A DNA stretch of 31,649 nt from a virus (taxonomy: Duplodnaviria > Caudoviricetes), in the IMG/VR virus record IMGVR_UViG_3300020426_000018, positions 1-31,649 of that record; one strand, 5' to 3'. Positions 23,668-31,649 of the stretch are shown in pieces. Under the pieces are notes generated by a model. It worked only from the letters and a program-made list of their open reading frames with translations, was not told where the DNA came from and did not search any database. Made by a program: the position numbers and the translations under genes. Positions within the stretch are counted from its first letter, which is position 1, and every line of letters starts with the position of its first letter.

Positions 23668-26244
23668 TTATGTGGTTACGTCTAAGATAGCTGCAAATGA
23701 CTGAGCATGACGAACAGCAACATCAAAAGCAACTACACCCTTAACAGATGTTAAGTTTTTAGCGAAATCATCGGAATCTTCACCAACAGTTATTTCAATA
23801 CCAGATCCAAAGAATCCTAATATTGCCTGTGAGAAGTCACCCATGACTACAGCAGAACATTCACCGCTTGTACTACCTTTTGTAAGGTTAGATGGTACTT
23901 GGTTTGTCATTGCTAATGGATAACCATTTACATTTAATGGTGTACCGCCTCTACCAATCGCTGTAAGATCAGTATTAACTAAGAATGCACCATCAGTAGA
24001 ACTAGATCCACCCGCTCTGAGTTTCTTTAATGCTCCAATCACTTTAGCGTTGGTAACGTAAGCGATATTATCAGCATTAACACCAGCGTTATCTTCCATA
24101 ATCGCTGTTTCAAGATCTACTAATGCTTCTACAGTAATTGCACCTCCATTAGTACCCATTGCAACAGAACCAATACCTGAAGTTTGCATAATACCTGTAG
24201 GCTGACCACTTGAACCAGTACCGTTTAAGATTCCTAGATCAATTCCAACATTAATACCATCTGAAATATCTCTACGTACTAATTCTTCTATGCCTGGTGT
24301 GGCTTGAATTAGCATATTACGAGAGTACTTAGATAATGTACCAAGAGTTTTAGGTGTCATAGAAATCTGATCAAAAGTACTTTCTGATTGACTTAAAGCA
24401 CCAGTTTCAGATGATAGATAACCAGTAGATGCAACTCCTGATCTTCTAGGTATTGCGACATCCCCTACAAGTCCAGTAAGTGTTTGAACCCCCAAAGAAA
24501 CCATGACCGTATTATTACGCAACGCCTCGGTGAAATCATCTGCTAAAAGATCAGTAGCAACAATGTTGCCGCCAGTGTTAGCACTAGAAGTAACATAAGT
24601 AGCTCTTTTTGCCAGTGCAGAAAATGGTACAAATAATGATCTACCATTTGTAGATCTTTGTGAATCTTTAGCAATCTGTTGTGAAATCTCTCTAGCAAAA
24701 CCACTTCCAGAATTAGACCAATCATCTGTAAGAAGTCCTCTTAATCCTGATGTAATTTTGTAATCTCTAGCGAATTGCTGTCTTTCTTTTGGAGATAGCT
24801 GCTCTTCAATAGGTTTCGCAGTTTCAACAGGCTTTGCATCTATTCTTTCAAGAATTGCCTGTCTGCATTGATCAGCAGATGAACCATTACTAATTAGTTG
24901 TTCTGCTAAATCGTCAAAACCACGCTTACTACACATTGAAGTAATGTCTCTTATACGAGTGCGCTCTGCGGAGGCTGCTTTTTTGCTTGCCTCACTACGC
25001 ACAACTTCTAAATCGAGTTGCTCTTTTTCCATAGTGGATTGTTTTGTTTTTGTTTGTTGTACGTCAGATGACGCAGCGTATACACGCTTATCTTCTATCA
25101 TATCTTGTTTTTTTGCACTAGGCATAGCGTTATCGTCAATTAATCCTCTTGAAATACCAACATCTGGTGCTGCTGGCGATGCAACGACTGACACTTCATG
25201 TGGCTCCCATCTTGTTGCAAGAAATGCATTATTTCCATCTATTTCACGTTCTTCCATTTCTAAAATGCGATAACCTACGCTAATTGAAGATAAAATACCG
25301 TCATCTATATCTCTTTTAACTTCTTGAGCTTTAGAATTTCTGCTTAATTCAACAACTGCCCTTCCTTTTTTCTTTTTTTCATCTAAATATGCGTTGCGTA
25401 CAATTCCTATAACTTGATCCATATTATGATTCCATAACACTGGTGCAACGCCACCATTTAATCTGCCGAAATCTATTGCACCATCCTCATGGCTTAATAT
25501 TTCTGTACCAAAGGTACGCTCTACTGGAAACTCAGAACTAAAACTAAACTCATAAGTATTTTCTTGTTTTGATGTAAAAGATGTTTCACCACTACGTTTT
25601 AAAACTTTTGTAACACTTCTTAAAGAATCTATCTTAGTTAATGTGCTGAACTTATGACCTACCTGTACATCTGTAGCTTCAAATTCACCGTCAACTTCTC
25701 TAAAAACAGTGATTAATGCTGCAGGGTCATCTTCTGTACCATTAATTTCAAATTCAGAATTAGGTACATTTATTGTTCCATCCCTTTCGATGCGATCTAT
25801 TACACCTCTAGCAATGCCGCCGCTTGCGTTCCATCGTACTGAATCACCTACCGATAATTCATCGGGTTCTGCTCTTTTAAGTTTTGCCATAGGATCATTA
25901 TTTCTTAATTCCTTTATTCTAGCCGATTTTGCATCTGAAAAACTTTTGCCTGCTTTTCCTCCCCAGGCAGCCGCAGCTACTCTGCCTGCACTTGGGTATC
26001 CTTTTTCTCCTGGTCTGTAGCCTTCTGCTTCCTGATCTACCGCGTGTCTTGCATGCCATGCTGACATGTCAATTACTGTTTTTGGACTTAGTTCATCACC
26101 ACTTAAAATTTGTGTTGCTCTTCTAGCTGCAACATCTGTACCGCCAGCCCTTCCTTCTTGTTTCCATTTTCTATATTTTCTGGCTTCATCCCTCATCCCT
26201 TTTGTTGGCATAAGGTCTATCTCTGTACCGTTAATAACTGCCAC
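23668..26244 (-). CDS. Fused prohead protease - scaffold - HK97-fold major capsid protein with extra N-terminal domains
   Basis: FSFSSEFPV, VLWNH, ISVGY, WEPHEVSVV protease motifs; GGNIVAT, PKTL, ILNGTG..QPTGI, GDFS capsid motifs; one continuous 858-aa frame. Confidence 0.92.
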   Translation of the reverse strand: MAVINGTEIDLMPTKGMRDEARKYRKWKQEGRAGGTDVAARRATQILSGDELSPKTVIDMSAWHARHAVDQEAEGYRPGEKGYPSAGRVAAAAWGGKAGKSFSDAKSARIKELRNNDPMAKLKRAEPDELSVGDSVRWNASGGIARGVIDRIERDGTINVPNSEFEINGTEDDPAALITVFREVDGEFEATDVQVGHKFSTLTKIDSLRSVTKVLKRSGETSFTSKQENTYEFSFSSEFPVERTFGTEILSHEDGAIDFGRLNGGVAPVLWNHNMDQVIGIVRNAYLDEKKKKGRAVVELSRNSKAQEVKRDIDDGILSSISVGYRILEMEEREIDGNNAFLATRWEPHEVSVVASPAAPDVGISRGLIDDNAMPSAKKQDMIEDKRVYAASSDVQQTKTKQSTMEKEQLDLEVVRSEASKKAASAERTRIRDITSMCSKRGFDDLAEQLISNGSSADQCRQAILERIDAKPVETAKPIEEQLSPKERQQFARDYKITSGLRGLLTDDWSNSGSGFAREISQQIAKDSQRSTNGRSLFVPFSALAKRATYVTSSANTGGNIVATDLLADDFTEALRNNTVMVSLGVQTLTGLVGDVAIPRRSGVASTGYLSSETGALSQSESTFDQISMTPKTLGTLSKYSRNMLIQATPGIEELVRRDISDGINVGIDLGILNGTGSSGQPTGIMQTSGIGSVAMGTNGGAITVEALVDLETAIMEDNAGVNADNIAYVTNAKVIGALKKLRAGGSSSTDGAFLVNTDLTAIGRGGTPLNVNGYPLAMTNQVPSNLTKGSTSGECSAVVMGDFSQAILGFFGSGIEITVGEDSDDFAKNLTSVKGVVAFDVAVRHAQSFAAILDVTT

Positions 26245-27814
26245 TTGAATCCTCCACTACGTTTTCGGCATCCTCGCCACTTGGTTCATCAGTATCACCA
26301 AACGGATCAACTGTATTAAGTGGTTTAAATTGTGACCCACCTGCTTTATTTGTAGCACTTGGATCTGTATCTAGAATAATATTCATATCATCAAGTTTTG
26401 CCAGTTCAGTTTGCCTTGTTATAAGTAATTCCTCAATATCACCACCTGCTTCACTTACGACATCAGTCAAAGTCTTAAATCCGCACCTTACTGCATCCTT
26501 CATACCTGCTATTTCTTTTTGTGGGTCAACATAGCTATATCCTCTACATACCCACCTAACTTTTTCATATACTTCTGGTGTTGTTGAATATGTAGGCAAT
26601 GTAAGAACATTACTAAGTACTGCCATTTCTAACCAGTATTCATAAATAGGTTGGTAGAAAGTTTCTTTTAACATCTTTTGTATCGTACGCCAGTGATCCC
26701 GATCCTGTAACATTGCAAGTCTGCTACTGCTGTAGTTTGATTGTGAGTAATCAGATGATATAGCTTCAAAACTACAACCAAGACCTGATGCCATACTTCT
26801 GAGCATTGACCTTACAAAAGGTTCAAATTCACCATTTGCCTTATCTAAATCAGGTACAGATACCGATTCGCCTGGTGCTAAATATTTAAAAGTACCAGGT
26901 TCGAATGCACTTACACGCTCAAAATCAAACACTTCACCACCTGCATCCAGTTCACCTTCTGGACTTGTAATAAATCCCATTAATGCACTCGATGCTCTTT
27001 GTCCTACAACTGTTGCTTCAATATATCCATCAAGTTGGTGTAAATGATTTATAGCACTAGCTAAAAATGGCACTCCTCTATGCTGGCCTGGCCTTAGTGG
27101 TAAAAATAAATGTACTACATCTTTTGCAGGTACAATAATATGATTTTTCTGTCCTATCGTTTGTGAAAAGTTAGTATCACCAGGGTGTTTAGCAAGGAAA
27201 GCATAATTTACTGCCCTACCTTCTGGACTTAGTTCTATACCTAAACGCCATACATTCTTTTCATTCTGTTTTACACCTTTATAATCTTCATCTAATTGTT
27301 CTGCCTCTAATATTTCTAAACTAAAAGGTATCTTGCTACGTCCGAAAGCTTTTCTATGAATAATAATAAAACATTCTCCTGATTCAATCATTGATCTCAC
27401 TGCTAATCTTTCCAGTTCAGAAAAACAAAGAACACCACGTATATCACAACTGTCTTTTCTACCCCACTTACTCCATTCTCCCTCTATAGCTTCATTTAAT
27501 CTTGTATTTATAGTGCCACCTCTTTGCGATCTTATCTGTGCTTGTAGTTTTACACCTTGTCCTACAATTTGATTAGTAGAATATCTTATAGCTTGAGCCG
27601 CATAATTATTATTTCTTACTAAATCATGTACTCTTTTTCTTAATGTATCAATAGAATTTTTATAACTTTGATCAGGTGATGATAATGGAGTAACCCAACT
27701 AAGGTTAGTTCTATCGAATCTAGCACCAGAATACATCCTTTTTAACCTATTTCTACGCTTATTTAAGTCATCATTAGATGTAAATAAGCCCTTCCAAGCA
27801 TTTCTTAAGCCCAT
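26231..27814 (-). CDS. Portal protein, lambda gpB family
   Basis: LR.R..DLVRNN.YA, RPGQHRGVP, S.DYSQSNYSSSR, VDPQKE motifs. Confidence 0.95.
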   Translation of the reverse strand: MGLRNAWKGLFTSNDDLNKRRNRLKRMYSGARFDRTNLSWVTPLSSPDQSYKNSIDTLRKRVHDLVRNNNYAAQAIRYSTNQIVGQGVKLQAQIRSQRGGTINTRLNEAIEGEWSKWGRKDSCDIRGVLCFSELERLAVRSMIESGECFIIIHRKAFGRSKIPFSLEILEAEQLDEDYKGVKQNEKNVWRLGIELSPEGRAVNYAFLAKHPGDTNFSQTIGQKNHIIVPAKDVVHLFLPLRPGQHRGVPFLASAINHLHQLDGYIEATVVGQRASSALMGFITSPEGELDAGGEVFDFERVSAFEPGTFKYLAPGESVSVPDLDKANGEFEPFVRSMLRSMASGLGCSFEAISSDYSQSNYSSSRLAMLQDRDHWRTIQKMLKETFYQPIYEYWLEMAVLSNVLTLPTYSTTPEVYEKVRWVCRGYSYVDPQKEIAGMKDAVRCGFKTLTDVVSEAGGDIEELLITRQTELAKLDDMNIILDTDPSATNKAGGSQFKPLNTVDPFGDTDEPSGEDAENVVEDSSGSY

Positions 27815-27823
27815 TTAAGTCTC

Positions 27824-28405
27824 CTAAAAGCGTACATAGAGGTTTTTAGGGTCTCCTTTACCCTGACTTATTAAACTATACCTCTTTTCACTAAAAACTC
27901 TAGCTTGTAATTCAGCTTCTCTTGCTCTTAACTCTGGTAAATTAACACGTTCAAAGCTTCTATTACCTATAGAATACTTTGCTGCTTTATCGGCTACTAT
28001 AGCTCTTATTGCTGCTGTTACAGCATCTAAATCCTTTTGTGTTTGCGTTCTGTTATCAATTGCTGAAGGATCACCAGAATATTGTAAAGACTGTCTTACT
28101 TCTAACTCACCTGTACCAATCTCAAAAACTTTTGCACCTTTAAATGCTCTAGCCGCCCAAAACCAATTCCCTGCATCAAAGTTTGCACTGTCAGTAGCAC
28201 TAATACTAAACTCCCAACCTGTACTAGCTGAGTATTGTGTGCCTGTTGCAATATGGCCTTCTGATGCTGTATTAGTTCTTAAGAAATATTCTAAAGTCCA
28301 ATCAGGTGCAGATATAGTTTCATTTATACCTGCTATCGTAGCTTCATCCACCCATTCAATAGTAGTACCAGCAACAATAATATTAGGTAAATCAGATTTA
28401 AACAT
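27824..28405 (-). CDS. Head completion protein (gpW-like C-terminus with N-terminal extension)
   Basis: YSIGNRSFERVNLPELRARE...YVRF; lies between terL and portal; start uncertain (28405 or 28414). Confidence 0.7.
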   Translation of the reverse strand: MFKSDLPNIIVAGTTIEWVDEATIAGINETISAPDWTLEYFLRTNTASEGHIATGTQYSASTGWEFSISATDSANFDAGNWFWAARAFKGAKVFEIGTGELEVRQSLQYSGDPSAIDNRTQTQKDLDAVTAAIRAIVADKAAKYSIGNRSFERVNLPELRAREAELQARVFSEKRYSLISQGKGDPKNLYVRF

Positions 28406-28407
28406 AA

Positions 28408-30273
28408 TTACCAAGAATTAACAAAGTTATTATTTGTATTTGGTTTTATTGTAGCTCTTTTTGGTTTCACTACCTTATCACCTTCATTAAATTTATTTTC
28501 TAATTGTTGCCATACAGTATTTCTATTATATGGACTTATATACAGACACATAGCAGCGTAAGAATAAACAAAACAATCTAAACATTCATTTCTAACATTA
28601 TTAGGTAAAACCCATTGAGGTACTTGAAAACCAGCCCTATTAGTTTTTAATATCTGTCTTTCTGCTGTAATCTGTTTAAAATATTCTTCACTTGTATCTG
28701 CATGAAAATGTATATATCCGTCACTACCTATTTTATTATTTTTTAATCTACCCATTAATGTATTTTTTATAGTATCTACACCTAATGGATAAACAAGACC
28801 ACCTTTTTTAATAGCTTTATTTATTTTTCTAAAATTTATATCTACTCTTGTTGGTCTACCTATTACAGGTTTATTTGCTTGTGATTGTCCTTTTATTGCA
28901 ATGACTCCCTGAGCTACTTTTTCTCTTGTAAATTGATAAACCTCTGATGTATGTAAACCACCAGAGTCAATCGCACTCATAACAGGTACTAAACTTTTAC
29001 CATTCTCATGTTCATATTGTTGATTAATAACTATCTGTAACTGTTTCCAAACTTCTGCCTGATGAGGGTCACCCCATAACTGCACATGATCAATTAAAAA
29101 TGCTTCTTCACCTTTACCCCATCCCCAAGTGCTAACTTCTAATCTATCTATTTGACAGTCAACGCCTTGAGTAAGTAATAAAACACCTTCTGGGCATATA
29201 CCCTGTCCATAACTCTCACATCTTTTTAATAAACCTTCTGCACTCATAGAACTTACATAATCTGTTTCAAATGTTTCTGCTAAACGTGTATTAACAAAAG
29301 TTTTAATTAATGGTGCATCGCCTTTTGCTTTGTTAAACTCATGCAACATTTGTTCCCACGACAGCCATCCCAATGGACTATAAAGACCGTTCAGCCTAAA
29401 GCCTGCTGTAATACCATCGCCCTCTTTCATTGCTCGCCATTCACCCATTCTCAACATTTTTGTTTTATTACTTTCATCAAATAAACCTTTACAATGTATA
29501 CATTTATATTTAGGATTTTTTTCATTATCTTTCTGAAGTTGTTTCCACTTCAAATCTTGATACTCACCGCAAATGGGGCAAGGTACAAAATATAAACGTT
29601 GATCTGATGCTAAATATTCTGCTTCAATTCTTGAAAAATCTTTGATTGTAGGTGTAGATGTTAGTAAGATCTTTTTTCTACTTCCAAATGTTGTTGCCCT
29701 CTTTTCCGCAAGTGCTACAGGATCACCTTCACCTGATGCATCAGATGGGAATGCATCTACCTCATCACAACTTATATAGCGGCATGGAGTTGATCTCAGC
29801 CCTGTTGCTGAGTTTGCTCCTGTTATAAGCATCATCCCTCCAGGAAATTCTTTACTACTTAATGTATTTCCACTATCTCTACTTCTAGCTGGTGCTATCT
29901 TTTCATTTAGACAAGGTGTATCGCTTATCATTGGTTCTATTCTTTGTTTGCTTAACCTTTTACCGAGGTCTATAGTTGCAGCCACTAAAAGCATAGGTGC
30001 AGGGGCATGATCTATTACATAGCCAAGCCAACAGTTTTGTATTTCAGTTTTTGATGTTTGTGCGGCAAACATAAGAACAACACGCTGTATAGGACTTTGT
30101 GTTCCTAAGCAATCTAGAGGCTCTTTTGCATAAGGTACTCTTGAGGTGCGCCATTTGCCTGGTTCAGCACTAGCTCTACTAGACAGGATTCTATAACTAT
30201 CCGACCATTCACTAACTGTTAAAGGTTTTTCTGGTTTTAAACCTGCAAAAAATCCTTCCTCCCATGCGTTCAT
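28408..30273 (-). CDS. terL: Terminase large subunit, lambda gpA family
   Basis: TVSEWSD, AAQTSKTE Walker A, CDEVD Walker B, STPT, CPICG, GVDCQ, IDSGG, RNECLD; ATGA overlap supports start at 30273. Confidence 0.96.
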   Translation of the reverse strand: MNAWEEGFFAGLKPEKPLTVSEWSDSYRILSSRASAEPGKWRTSRVPYAKEPLDCLGTQSPIQRVVLMFAAQTSKTEIQNCWLGYVIDHAPAPMLLVAATIDLGKRLSKQRIEPMISDTPCLNEKIAPARSRDSGNTLSSKEFPGGMMLITGANSATGLRSTPCRYISCDEVDAFPSDASGEGDPVALAEKRATTFGSRKKILLTSTPTIKDFSRIEAEYLASDQRLYFVPCPICGEYQDLKWKQLQKDNEKNPKYKCIHCKGLFDESNKTKMLRMGEWRAMKEGDGITAGFRLNGLYSPLGWLSWEQMLHEFNKAKGDAPLIKTFVNTRLAETFETDYVSSMSAEGLLKRCESYGQGICPEGVLLLTQGVDCQIDRLEVSTWGWGKGEEAFLIDHVQLWGDPHQAEVWKQLQIVINQQYEHENGKSLVPVMSAIDSGGLHTSEVYQFTREKVAQGVIAIKGQSQANKPVIGRPTRVDINFRKINKAIKKGGLVYPLGVDTIKNTLMGRLKNNKIGSDGYIHFHADTSEEYFKQITAERQILKTNRAGFQVPQWVLPNNVRNECLDCFVYSYAAMCLYISPYNRNTVWQQLENKFNEGDKVVKPKRATIKPNTNNNFVNSW

Positions 30274-31061
30274 TTTACTAAATTCCATAAAATAGCTTTA
30301 TTGCCTGTAAAATTTTCCCATCTTTTTACTATAACATCACAATATTTAGGATCTAATTCCATTAAATATGAACGTCTTTTTGTATATTCTGCGGCTATCA
30401 GTGTTGATCCAGAACCACCAAACAAATCTAAAATAATGTCATCAATTTTTGTAAAATCTTTAATTGCTTTTTCAGCAAGAGTAACTGGTTTTTGTGTTGG
30501 ATGTATATATGCCGCAGGTGCATCTTTGTTTATATCCCAAACAGCCATCCCACGTTTACCTTGAAATTGTGGTGAGCCTTTTACACAAAACAATGCCATT
30601 TCATAATCAAGAGCATATTGACCTTTTAAATCACCCATACCACCACCAGCTTTTCTCCAAATAATTGTTTGTTTGTAGTAAGTATTGAATTGTTTTCTCC
30701 AAATAGGATATACATGGTGTGAAGTCCAAATAAAAGCTGCTGAATTTTCAGCAAGAATTTTATATATAATTGAAGCTATATTTAAAATTTTATTATCATT
30801 TTTTATTTCTCCAAATTTCTGTTGCCAACCAGAATTGTATTTTACTCCATAAGGAGGATCAGTAAATACCATATTAGCTTTTTCACCTTTCATTAATTTT
30901 GAAATTTGCTCAATATTTGTAGAGTCACCACATAAAAGTTTATGTTTTCCCAAAATATATAAATCACCTTTTTTTGTATTTGGATTTTTAGGTGTTTCTG
31001 GTATGCTTTCAAGTTTTATATAGTCTTTTTCATTAAAAAAATTTGTTTGAAAATAATTCAT
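30270..31061 (-). CDS. DNA amino-methyltransferase between terS and terL
   Basis: LLCGDST, FTDPPY, HPTQKPV, LDLFGGSGSTL, MELDPKYCDVI motifs. Confidence 0.92.
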   Translation of the reverse strand: MNYFQTNFFNEKDYIKLESIPETPKNPNTKKGDLYILGKHKLLCGDSTNIEQISKLMKGEKANMVFTDPPYGVKYNSGWQQKFGEIKNDNKILNIASIIYKILAENSAAFIWTSHHVYPIWRKQFNTYYKQTIIWRKAGGGMGDLKGQYALDYEMALFCVKGSPQFQGKRGMAVWDINKDAPAAYIHPTQKPVTLAEKAIKDFTKIDDIILDLFGGSGSTLIAAEYTKRRSYLMELDPKYCDVIVKRWENFTGNKAILWNLVK

Positions 31062-31558
31062 TGTATTAAATTTTCTAATGCTTCTCTATGTTCATTAGAA
31101 AGTAAGTTATGTATAACAGTTGCATCATCTTCACCTGCTAATTGATGACTTAATCTATCTGCGAGATTTGTTAATGCTTCTCTAATAGATCTACCAGTAG
31201 CAAAACTACTTTTTTTTATTTCATCAACACTAACTAGCTGTTCTTTCTTCTCTTCTACGTCTAATTTTGCAAGTTCTGCTAAATAAAACTCTCTTTTTGC
31301 CTTACTTTCTGCAAAATCTGGTATTAAATCAGCAGGTAAACTATCAATTTTGTCTTTTAATTGCTTTTTTGTTGTAGTTTCTGCAATATATACATCGTTT
31401 TTATCCCATAATTGTAAAGCAATCTCTGAATTTAAAACTTCTTTTCCATTGTGCTTTACAATCGCCTTGTCAAAAAATCCTCTACGTTTTCTATCATAGA
31501 TCGCTTGCCTTGACACGTTTTTTAATGTTGCTAGATCTGAAAAAGAAATTAAACTCAT
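31058..31558 (-). CDS. terS: Terminase small subunit (Nu1-like)
   Basis: N-terminal HTH (SDLATLKNVSRQAI), coiled coil SKAKREFYLAELAKL...QLV...IREAL..LADRL; first gene after the end repeat. Confidence 0.85.
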   Translation of the reverse strand: MSLISFSDLATLKNVSRQAIYDRKRRGFFDKAIVKHNGKEVLNSEIALQLWDKNDVYIAETTTKKQLKDKIDSLPADLIPDFAESKAKREFYLAELAKLDVEEKKEQLVSVDEIKKSSFATGRSIREALTNLADRLSHQLAGEDDATVIHNLLSNEHREALENLIQ

Positions 31559-31584
31559 AAATATTTGTAAAGCTGCTTATCTAT

Positions 31585-31613
31585 ATTGTAAAGGGTGTAA
31601 AGGTACTTGTGAA
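31585..31613 (-). promoter_or_regulatory. Promoter of the virion operon, overlapped by TGTAAAG repeats (cosB-like)
   Basis: Minus strand TTCACA-17 nt-TACAAT; TGTAAAG at 31566, 31587 and 31596. Confidence 0.55.
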
Positions 31614-31636
31614 CTCCACGCTAAAAAAATTTCGAG

Positions 31637-31649
31637 CGCATGAACGACC
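31637..31649. repeat. Right copy of 13-bp terminal direct repeat
   Basis: Identical to positions 1-13. Confidence 0.8.

Noticed and set aside
24543-30564. Small alternative ORFs within capsid, portal, gpW-like and methylase genes
   Set aside because: All overlap strongly supported conserved genes and have no independent evidence
1-31649. tRNA genes, attP site, integrase, psbA/hli
   Set aside because: None recognised by eye; intergenic gaps are short and AT-rich with no cloverleaf. A profile search is needed to be certain

Overview
The window looks like one complete, linear, AT-rich (roughly 30% GC by eye) siphovirus genome of about 31.6 kb. The same 13 bases (CGCATGAACGACC) sit at both ends next to the small terminase gene, which fits a filled-in lambda-type cohesive end. 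The minus strand from the right end carries a lambda-like virion operon: TerS, DNA methylase, TerL, gpW-like, portal, a fused protease-major capsid protein, head-tail joiner, tail terminator, tail tube, tail chaperone with a -1 frameshift, tape measure, tail tip proteins, a primary fibre, three paralogous secondary fibres and a fibre chaperone. The left third holds a recombination/replication module (ERF, SSB, initiator-like protein, PD-(D/E)XK nuclease, Holliday junction resolvase, second methylase), a run of mini-genes and an NblA-like gene. Gene content and low GC suggest a marine picocyanobacterial host, probably Prochlorococcus (inference). I recognise no integrase, CI-type repressor, DNA polymerase, psbA/hli or endolysin. 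The main unexplained items are: (1) an eight-gene cassette of secreted, membrane and outer-membrane proteins at 7259-10695, a candidate phage-encoded trans-envelope or non-canonical lysis system; (2) a modular multi-fibre adsorption system with a duplicated docking domain and a putative type-1 copper site; (3) mini-genes joined by a repeated Shine-Dalgarno cassette and followed by a candidate structured RNA. All family calls are by eye from motifs and synteny; no searches were run.
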